Shown: piece by piece, positions 54,500-64,000 of the stretch | How the letters are laid out: every line of letters begins with the position of its first letter | Position numbering within the stretch: position 1 is the first letter of the stretch | The notes under the pieces: model-generated | The model's input: the letters and a program-made list of their open reading frames with translations, nothing else | Told to the model about the DNA's origin: nothing | Database searches by the model: none | Program-made: the position numbers and the translations under genes | DNA from: Eledone cirrhosa | Lineage: Eukaryota | Assembly: GCA_964016885.1 (NCBI GenBank) | Contig: OZ024743.1 | Span: 253,456,001-253,520,000 of the forward strand | Reading direction: 5' to 3' | DNA length: 64,000 nucleotides

Positions 54500-55570
54500 T
54501 TACCTGGATTTGCGGTTGTACTCCAGGTCGCATTCCCGCACTAGCCCCCAGATATAGTCCCCCATCATGTTTTCATTGTAGTGGCCCTGGTACCACCGCT
54601 CTATCTCTTTCACATCTGGGTGGAATCGTTCGCCTTGTTCTTCTGAGTAGGCCCCCATATTGTCCTTGACGTTTTCCAGGTGAGCGTCCAGCATATGGAG
54701 TTTAAGCGACCTCCTGTATCCCATGGCGCCAAAAGCCTTTATAGGATCCTGCACCTGTTGCTGGTAGTTTTCAGCTCTGTAGTTTCCCAGGAAGCCCTTA
54801 ACAACTGCCTTGAAACAGTTCCATACTGTTCTCTCAATACTATTGAGCTTATTGGAGAACTCGGTAGACTCAAACACCTTCTTTATCTGAGGTCCAACAA
54901 AAATTCCACCTTTGATTTTGGCCTCAGATAAATTGGGGAAGAACTCAAGAAGGTACTTAAAAGCGGCTGATTCTTGGTTGAGAGCCTTCACAAACTGCTT
55001 CATCAACTCCAACTTAATTCCAGTGGCGATATGAGCACAATCCTCGGATCAATCAGTGGCTCCCACATGACGTTCCGGGTTCCAACTACAATTTCTGTTC
55101 GCTGCTCCCAGTTCTTTCTTTTGTAGTGGTCAGAGGTGGCTCTGCTCTCCCAAAGACAGAGGAAGCATTGGAATTTGATAAAGCCTCCTTGGAGTCCAAG
55201 CAGGAAAGCCACCATCTTGAAGTCTCCAATGATTTCCCAATTGTACTGGTTGTATTGCAGAGCTTCCAAGAGGACATTCACAATGTAGTAATCTTCCTTC
55301 AGGCAGACTGAATGAGCTAGGGGCAGTGTCGGGAATTTGTTCCATTGTGGAGGAGGACAGCCTTCAAACTTGCCGTGGAGCTGTCTATAAATAGCCGCCA
55401 CTCCTTGGGCACAAACGGTACCCCAATAACGTCAAACAGTCCAGGCACGTCATGGCAGAAGCAGAGGCCATCCCTAAGAGTGTAAAAGCCTGAGAAAGGT
55501 TTGTGTCGACTTCTCTGACTTGTCACCTGCACTTCCTTCTTGACCAAGTTCCACTGCTTTATCCTGGAGA
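54500..55570 (-). pseudogene. DDE transposase C-terminal two-thirds with two frameshifts
   Basis: WRLFIDSSTASLKAVLLHNG / IIGDFKMVAFLLGLQGGFIKFQCFLCLWESR / LMKQFVKAL..GIFVGPQI..SLKLHMLDAHL..GAYSEEQGERFH..MMGDYIW. Confidence 0.88.
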
Positions 55571-57028
55571 CGAATACTTAAAACACAACTTACCCTTTAT
55601 TCAGGGTGCGAAAATCCAGTATCAATATATCTCTTTAATCCGCGTTTTAACAATGTTATGCTTTATTGCACTTTTATAATTTTCTTTAGGTATTACTCTT
55701 TATTTTATAATTCTAATTTAATCTGAAACATATATAAAAAAAATCATTTAACATAAGCAAATTAAACTTACATACAACGTAAAATCCAGCATACAAATCA
55801 TTCTAGTGAATAGCTTAGAATTTTTACAAACCCAAACGTTTAACTATTTATTAGCACTTTTTTATTTATTTGAGACATAAACAACACAAAAAAGTGATTA
55901 CAAGCCAGGAACAGAGAAAAAAAAATGTTGTTACACGGTTTTATGCGAAATAAAATACTTTAAACTTGCAGTTTGGTAAGCTGACAATCCTAGTTTTTGT
56001 CACTTCTTGCCCTGGTAACATCAAAAATGACTAAGCCGGCATTTTCTACACTCATCTATGTCAAATCACATGATAGGTTATATCACCATACGATAGTCAC
56101 CACTTTTTTGATTTCCAAAATGCTGTTACGTAAAAGAAATGATTTATTACCTAATTATTGATTGCAGGAAATAATTATTTGAATTTGATAATATTCTGTT
56201 ACTTTAAGATTTAGCAATACACGCCACTGATGTTTGTACACTAGGTGACAGCCTAGGTGGCCTAATGATGGTGCCAACTATGCCATACGTGGTGAAAGTA
56301 TTGTCTACATTTGTCGAAAGTGTATAAACATACGTAGCAATCATGTGGAATTAAATTAAACTCACTAGAGAAATCCCAAATAGTGAGCTTTCTTCAGTTT
56401 CTTTCCATGTCATTACACTAATATGAAATCCTTAAAATTGACTTTGATGGGATTCTTTGTTAAATGTACATAAACTTTTATATTGATTTCCCTTCTTTAA
56501 AGAGCTTCAATAAAAGAATACGGTAGAGATTTCTTTTACACAATAATTTCATTAAACATGTTAACGCTAACATTCAAAATCTGTACCCAGAATATTCCAT
56601 TAGCAGTAAAACCTTTTCCCTTATTTATAAGAAAGGAAGGAAAAACAGGGAAAAACACGTCATGTTAAACTTGCATTAAATTTCATCCGAGAACTGTAGA
56701 GGGATTAAGAGTGTGAAACAGAATAAATAGCAACAACTTAAAAATATTCTTTAAGATTTCAATCACGAGGAATATATACTATTCTTTTCTGGAATCAAAG
56801 TCTTCTGCGAATTATGGTTTAATACTTATACATAAAAATGTGTGTGCAATGGAAGGGGTAGGATGTGTATGTTTGCATGTGTGTATGTGCATGTGTACAT
56901 GTGTATGTGTGGGCAAGTATGGAGATTATGTCTTCAACAAATATGAGATGTACACGAAAATGACATATTAAATGCATATATACCATTCACACACATAAAA
57001 CATACGCCCACATAAACAATCCCAAGCA

Positions 57029-57094
<66 letters not shown>

Positions 57095-57685
57095 CAAATT
57101 TATACGGGAACAAAACAGAGAGGCAGACAAATAAAGGTTTATTAGGTTCGATATATATATATATATATATAAATATATACCATATTAATATTTTCTATTC
57201 ATATATAAATCTATAACATATTAAACTTTAGAGTTTTTGCTGCTATTTTTAGCATCATTATAAGCCCATCATATAGTCCTAATGTATTTTGAGATTTGTC
57301 CATTTAGTAATTCAACAAAACAACGTGTTGGACACTACGCTGTTTTCGACAACGACATTTTCTATATGCTTTATGATCAATATCACCTCTTATTCTAAAA
57401 AATGTCTCACCTGACGAAAGGGTAATGTTCTTCTAATATTGGTAGTTCCAATGATTGGAAATGATCAATATGGTTTCCTTTAATCTTAAAACCAAGGTAT
57501 GGAGACGATTAAGTGGATTAGACTAAAATATGTTTGCGGTCTGACTTATAGTCCCCTAAATTGATATTTTGGCATATGTATAATATGTTAAATGACTTCT
57601 CAGAATGCTATACTTTACCTGTTTATTTTATCCATTCATTGAGATGTGTAAGTGTTAGATACAGATAGCTTTTTTAAATTTATAT

Positions 57686-57732
<47 letters not shown>

Positions 57733-57736
<4 letters not shown>

Positions 57737-58965
57737 TGACTTGTATCTCCGGGGTCCCTCCTGTATGCCTACAGCAGATGACACAGTAATCATACTGGGA
57801 AAACTCCAGAGTAACGGGCTCCTGACATAGCGTTAATAATTTATTTTATGCTAGATTTGTGTGACTGTTGAGTACTTTGATGATGTGGTTATACCTATTA
57901 TTATGTAGGCTTTCTGCAATACCGGGGAAATAGCGTTGCATAATGGGTTGATATTTGGTCTCATACGATGTGTTGTGCTTGAGGGTGAATAAACTTCTGT
58001 TTCCGTCGTTGTGGTAATTTAATTGGCGGCTGCAAAATATTGACGATGTCTGTACACATATCGTAGTGTACGCCTAATTCTACATTCAGGGTTTTAGCAT
58101 TAATGGTTCATTACTTTGTGGTATTTGTGTATAAGATCTAATGTGGAAGTTATAGTGTAATGATCTAATGTGGAAGTTATATGGTCTTCCTATATTAATT
58201 GTAATATGGAAGTTATAATATAGATGGGAGATATTTTACTCTTCCTATATTAATCCTAATGTGGACGTTATAGTGTAGATGGGAGATATTTTGGCATTCC
58301 CATGTTAATCATAATGTTAGTTCAAGCAAGGTGTACGGATAATGACTTAGCATTATTGTTGTCTGTGTTCATATAGTCTTCACTATATATTTGTCGTGTT
58401 GGTGAATGTGTGTGCATTTAATAGTAGTCTAATAATCTAAGCTCATGCCAGTTTGGTGCAAGAAGTTTTGAATATCCTCTGTTAAAAAGGATGTAACAAG
58501 TTGGTTATTTTTGTTGAGTAGTTCTTCTTTCCTATATGTGTGTACATAGTGCCGTTATGTATCTTCGTGCCTTGTTTTCTGAAGCTGTTGTAGTGCTAGT
58601 AAAATCGTGTTTTGAACTCGTAGGCCGCCAGAGCTAAGTATGCTTTCATGGAGTAGTTTGTTATAACGTTGCACTTATAAACATTTTCAAGCATTTGGAG
58701 TTGAGTGAGCAGTTATATTGCTCGGTTCGCTTTATATCGTCGTCAAATAGAATTTAGTTTAGCTAAGTTAGAAGAAGCGATGTTTTGTATGGAGAGAATA
58801 ATAATGCTATAAGGGGTTTAACGGTGTTTCTATAGAAAATCTTGAGATAATATTAAAGCGGTAGGAAGTAATTTCATTCGCTATTGAAACGGTAAAGTCC
58901 CACCCGTAGGGCATAAAATACTTATAATATTTATACCCTATATTCGTACATATAGAGTATTAGGT
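57733..58965 (-). mobile_element. Third, highly decayed Naiad-type PLE with a plus-strand hammerhead-like remnant
   Basis: Minus-strand fragments LKIFYRNTVK and VYKCNVITNYSMKAYLALAAYEFKTRFY*HYNSFRK (~58570-58850). Plus strand 57775-57818 reads CAGATGA-CACAGT..ACTGG-GAAAACTCCAGA-GTA. Confidence 0.65.
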
Positions 58966-59013
58966 GGCATAATGATATTACATTTTCACACCTGTCTTCG
59001 TCCCTCCATCTCT

Positions 59014-59045
<32 letters not shown>

Positions 59046-59047
<2 letters not shown>

Positions 59048-60022
59048 ACCTGTGCGGAATTCCTTCCTTGCTCACATTTCGACTAGGTTTGATGGTCTTT
59101 ATTCTATCTCGTTCACGATTTCACCGAACATATATTCATAGAAATCTGGGACTTCACTCTTTCTTCCTCACTTTTCGTTGCATTACCATCTTTGATTGTT
59201 TACAGTCCGCTCGTTCCCCTTATTTACGTGTACCAACGACTTTCTTTAGCCATTGCTCGCACCAACCGGAGGTATATGGTCTTTAAAGCGATGAAATGCC
59301 AATGAAGGTTGGAAGATCACTGATGAAGGACTAACTTTATTCATATGTAACTCATTTGCAACCACGCAGCACGTTTGTTTTCATATTCACACATATATTT
59401 TCCTCCGCTCTGACCCGTCTATTTCGTTCTTACTGCTTTTTCTTTCTCTTTATCTTTGACCTCCCTTTACCCTCTCTAACAGTCACTCTCTCTGTTAGCC
59501 TCCACCTCACGCTTCACTCACTCACTCTCTGCTACTACCTCTCCTACTTCCTCCCGTTTGACTTGTGCGTAATTCGTTTCTCGCGCACGCTTGACCAGAC
59601 TGGTTGTTCCTTTTTTCTCTCTTGTCTACGATTTCACAGAACTTATGTTCACCGAATTCAGGGACTAGACTCCTTCTTCCTCCCGTTTGACCTGTGCGGA
59701 ATTCCTTCCTTGCTCACATTTCGACTAGGTTTGATGGTCTTTATTCTCTCTCATTCACGATTTCACCGAACTTATATTCATAGAAATCTGGGACTTGACT
59801 CTTTCTTCCTCACTTTTCGTTGCATTACCATCTTTGATTGTTTACAGTCTCGCTCGTTCCCCTTATTTACGTGTACCAATGACTTTCTTTAGCCGTTGCT
59901 CGCACGAACTGGAGGTATATGGTCTTTAAAGCGATGAAATACCAATGGAGGTTGGAAGATCACTGCTGAAGGACTAACGTTATTCATATGTAGCCCATTT
60001 GCAACCACACACCACGTTTGTT

Positions 60023-60025
<3 letters not shown>
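59046..60025 (+). mobile_element. Non-coding partial tandem (period ~642 bp, ~335-bp direct repeats), pLTR-like, in (TA)n
   Basis: TTGACCTGTGCGGAATTCC..CACGTTTGTTT at 59046-59381 and 59688-60023; third copy at 48830-49115. Confidence 0.75.
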
Positions 60026-60065
<40 letters not shown>

Positions 60066-60299
60066 TTAGAAACACACAGATACATGCGGACACACACATA
60101 TATACATGAATGCATCCGCACCCAACTGTGAGTTAAGGGTGCCAACTTCACCGATGTTGCTCAATGAATGACTGGGACAGACCAATTCAGTTTGAACCAG
60201 ACTGAACCAGTATCAGAGTTAAAAATACATTATGAAGAGAGAAGAAACATTTAGATATAATTAGTAATAAAATGTATCATACCTAAACTGTTCCTAAAT

Positions 60300-60387
60300 T
60301 CCTCGACTACGTAGTTTCGTGGCATAAACAAAAACAATATATCAAAGATATAGAGTCCTTGCGAGGTCTGCCGACTTATCAAGAGGA
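60300..60387 (-). ncRNA. Type I hammerhead, U3-A8 variant (antisense copy)
   Basis: Reverse complement of 60714-60801. Confidence 0.7.
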
Positions 60388-60713
60388 TACCTCATTTTAC
60401 TAGTCTCAAGAACGCGTCTACACGACGTGAGAAAGAATCCCAAAATATATTAATAACTCCCTCTGGTCGAGCAATCTTTGAAGTGTGGGGACAACTGGAA
60501 AGCTTCCATTACTCATACTTCTCGCCTTCTTCACTACATCTTCTACGGCCTCGATATAAATACCCCCTCCGCCTCCGTGGTATTTTCTTCGTGGTTATAA
60601 GAGGCTTAGCTCTGTTTCTCGACCGTTATATCGCGTGACTATCTCCCCCTCCGCCTTTTGGGATTCTTTCTCACGTCGTGTAGACGCGTTCTTGAGACTA
60701 GTAAAATGAGGTA

Positions 60714-60801
60714 TCCTCTTGATAAGTCGGCAGACCTCGCAAGGACTCTATATCTTTGATATATTGTTTTTGTTTATGCCACGAAACTACGTAGTCGAGG
60801 A
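60714..60801 (+). ncRNA. Type I hammerhead, U3-A8 variant
   Basis: TCCTC-TTGATAA-GTCGGCA..TGCCAC-GAAA-CTACGTA-GTC-GAGGA: 5-bp stem I, palindromic ACTACGTAGT stem III, GUC site ending at 60796. Confidence 0.75.
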
Positions 60802-61304
60802 ATTTAGGAACAGTTTAGGTATGATACATGTTATTACTAATTATATCTAAATGTTTCTTCTCTCTTCATAATGTATTTTTAACTCTGATACTGGTTCAGT
60901 CTGGTTCAAACTGAATTGGTCTGTCCCAGTCATTCATTGAGCAACATCGGTGAAGTTGGCACCCTTAACTCACAGTTGGGTGCGGATGCATTCATGTATA
61001 TATGTGTGTGTCCGCATGTATCTGTGTGTTTCTAAATATATTAATAACTCCCTCTGGTCGAGCAATCTTTGAAGTGTGGGGACAACTGGAAAGCTTCCAT
61101 TACTCATACTTCTCGCCTTCTTCACTACCTCTTCTACGGCCTCGATATGAATACCCCCTCCGCCTCCGTGGTATTTTCTTCGTGGTTATAAGAGGCTTAG
61201 CTCTGTTTCTCGACCGTTATATCGCGTGACTATCTCCCCCTCCGCCTTTTGGGATTCTTTCTCACGTCGTGTAGACGCGTTCTTGAGACTAGTAAAATGA
61301 GGTA

Positions 61305-61392
61305 TCCTCTTGATAAGTCGGCAGACCTCGCAAGGACTCTATATCTTTGATATATTGTTTTTGTTTATGCCACGAAACTACGTAGTCGAGGA
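61305..61392 (+). ncRNA. Type I hammerhead, U3-A8 variant (second tandem copy)
   Basis: Identical to 60714-60801, 591 bp downstream; site ends at 61387. Confidence 0.75.
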
Positions 61393-61464
61393 ATTTAGGA
61401 ACAGTTTAGGTATGATACATTTTATTACTAATTATATCTAAATGTTTCTTCTCTCTTCATAATG

Positions 61465-61502
<38 letters not shown>

Positions 61503-62498
61503 CTAGCATTAAAACCCGGCGTTGCTCGGGGTCATTAAGTTACCAAAGTTAGGTTGCACCACCCATTTTATGGCAGCACTTTTTTGTCTGCCAGACACTG
61601 GGTGAATGAATTGCAGACCTGGAAGCATGAGCTGCGCCAGCAGTGACAATTGTAGTTTCGCCTATGGATATTATCTCTGTGCAAAAAAGTGTTGAAATTT
61701 ATTGTTTCACAGTACTTGCGTAACACGCGCGTAGACGATGCCAGCCGAACAACAGAGCTGCGATGGAGTTGTTCTGCATGGTTGTCTGTGTGTTTTCTAA
61801 ATTTAAGACAGTAGGGAGGGTTGTGATATGAGGGAGAGTTAGCTGTTGTTTCTAGCAGGTTTAGTGACCTCATAGAGGATATGTGTTTTCTAAATTTAAG
61901 ACAGTAGGGAGTGGTTTGATATGGGGGAGAGTTAGCTGCTGTTTCTAGCAGGTTTAGTGACCTCATAGAAGATATGTTTTCTAAATTTAAGACAGTAGCG
62001 AGGGGTGTGATATGGGGGAGAGTTAGCTGCTGTTTCTAGCAGGTTTAGTAACCTCATAGAGGATATGTGTTTTCTAAATTTAAGACAGGAGGGAGTGGTG
62101 TGGGGAGGGGTGTGATATGGGGGAGAGTTACCTGCTGTTTCTAGCAGGTTTAGTAACCTCATAGAGGATATGTGTTTTCTAAATTTAAGACAGTAGGGAG
62201 TGGTGTGAAAGGACAGTATCACCATCAAGCTTGGAAAGAGAAAGTAGCAGTGTGTATGAATTTGTATAGATTTTGAATGGTAGTAGAAAGAGTTCAGCAG
62301 TTTAAATGAGAGAGAAAAATCGTAAAATATTGAGTTTTATCTATTTTTTGCGTAATTGTGGGTGAAATTGAAAAAATGATCTGCGTCAAGACGCAATCGA
62401 AACTTTTTCGAATACTGCATTGTAAATTTCAATTGAAGAAATTCTATATCGTAGATTTCTATAACGAAGGAGCGTGACCACACACTGAGCTTTATAGA
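61503..62498 (-). mobile_element. Non-autonomous Helitron with ~90-bp internal minisatellite
   Basis: Minus 5' end A|TCTATAAAGCTCAGTGTG; 3' hairpin CCCGAGCAACGCCGGG then TTTTAATG-CTAG|T. About 4.3 repeats of TGTGTTTTCTAAATTTAAGACAGTAGG..CCTCATAGAGGATA at 61789-62205. Confidence 0.8.
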
Positions 62499-62501
62499 TT
62501 A

Positions 62502-62586
<85 letters not shown>

Positions 62587-62672
62587 TTTAAAATTCAAAG
62601 CGGTCTCGTATATACGTGTGTGTATATATATATACATATATGTATGTATATGTGTGTATATATATATACATG

Positions 62673-62754
<82 letters not shown>

Positions 62755-64000
62755 TACGCGTATATGCACACATATACAAACGTACATGTAAGCACATATA
62801 TGCATGACTATCCCCAGTGCTGTTGTGACAAAATAGTCAATATGTATATTACGTATATTTATCTTTTATAAGATGTACATTCTTTAACACATTTCCATAA
62901 ATTTTATTACTGACTTAAATGCCACCTATTGACAGTAGCAGGGTTACATATGTAGATTCCGTTTTTTGTGCATGAAGCAAAGCAATGCTTTATATTTAGT
63001 CCACATTTATAGTGCATTTTACGATGGGCACGAATTATGCACACATTTAAATGCATTATATTCATGTTAATCTTTGTGAAAAGTATACGTATGAAGTTGG
63101 TATATTGCTTAGTCTTGGAACTTTTGTCATAAACCTGTAGGTATGAGGCTACATAAATTCTGAATTAGAGAGAGAGACGAGTGTAAAGTTACATGGAATC
63201 TCATTAATTCCACTGTAATCATATACAATATATACGGTTCTAATTTTATTTCTTGTATAAATAAGATTTCAGTTGATAGAATTAAGGTTAAGATGTGATT
63301 TCTTGAAATAACTTTGGCATTTAGGAAATAATTTCTTCTTTTTACTGTTGTTTCTCATCTAATGTTAAATTGTTTTGTGCTCTTTCTTTGTGTCGTTTCA
63401 TAAATTAAATCATTTGTAAATTGATAGAGTGTGTTATGGTTGTTATAAAATCCAGAGTTTGCTTTTACCGAGCACTAACAGCACTCAAACAACTTGTCGA
63501 AGAGTTATCTAATTTTCTTTTCTTTCTTTGATTTTTTCTTTTGATTATTCAGTAGGACAAATCCAGGCCAAACCAAAAAATGGAAGGGAACCAATCATCA
63601 GACCAGACCAAGATGTGTCCATTGTTCGTTCCATTGCCGGTACTATCTGCTGTTCCTGGCAGATAAAAGCAGAATTCGAACTCCAGACGCTGCGAACCGC
63701 AGCTGATATCGAAAAGTATTTTCTCAAGTTCTTTAACAGTTCGACCATTCACCCACCCCAACTGATATTTTTAGCAACCATGAAAGGATGAACAGCAAAA
63801 TCGATCTTGGTGAAATTTGAAGTCAGAACGCAGTGAAGCGGAACAAATAGTAAGGTACATAATCCGACGCCCCAAAAACTATTCCAACTTGTTTTGTCCA
63901 CCTAACAATTGCTGGATGGGCTTTAAATACTGTCTCTCTTATGTCAGCCTGGATATCCTAAGCCAGATTCCTACTCATGGGTCAGCCTGACGATACTGAG

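Larger units (their letters stand above)
54127..55940 (-). mobile_element. Chapaev3-like (CMC) DNA transposon, internally deleted
   Basis: Ends CACCATGTAACATATTTTT and AAAAATGTTGTTACACGGTT (imperfect TIR); TTA on both flanks (54124-54126, 55941-55943); subterminal TTTGGGTTTG/CAAACCCAAA. Confidence 0.75.
60063..61466 (+). mobile_element. Young retrozyme-like element: 591-bp unit in ~1.7 tandem copies plus an inverted 5' copy
   Basis: 60446-61036 repeats at 61037-61466 with ~3 visible substitutions; 60063-60445 is the reverse complement of ~60656-61038. No protein ORF; (TA)n flanks. Confidence 0.8.

Noticed and set aside
59320-59380. CTGATGA-AGGAC as a hammerhead core (also 49097 and 59963)
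   Set aside because: No GAAA, stem III or NUH site in the required geometry downstream; the upstream GAAA is not adjacent to the candidate stem II.
61002-61229. 75-aa ORF within the 591-bp unit
   Set aside because: It spans the tandem junction, starts in a microsatellite-like stretch and has no recognisable motif.
61568-62228. Repetitive ORFs (MRSLNLLETAANSPPYH..)
   Set aside because: They are translations of the Helitron internal minisatellite.

Overview
This is AT-rich animal (non-bacterial) intronic or intergenic DNA dominated by (TA)n/(CA)n/(TATG)n microsatellites. The SINE family and repeat landscape suggest a cephalopod such as Octopus (inference). No host protein-coding gene is supported, and almost all listed ORFs are microsatellite translation artefacts. 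Recognisable elements: three to four decayed GIY-YIG Penelope-like retroelements (PLEs, Naiad-type CxC-x5-C linker) with inverted pseudo-LTRs; a near-full-length Tx1/L1-clade LINE (~12.0-18.3 kb); RTE and Dong/R4 LINE remnants; a Chapaev3-type DNA transposon with TIRs and a TTA TSD; three non-autonomous Helitrons; and many copies of a tRNA-derived SINE. The main signal is a dense set of sequence-unrelated, non-coding, (TA)n-embedded fold-back elements carrying type I hammerhead ribozymes. Two families show a U3-A8 core instead of C3-G8. One young 591-bp tandem unit at 60.1-61.5 kb has the architecture of a retrozyme that could self-excise a circular RNA. All structures were folded by eye; no searches were run.
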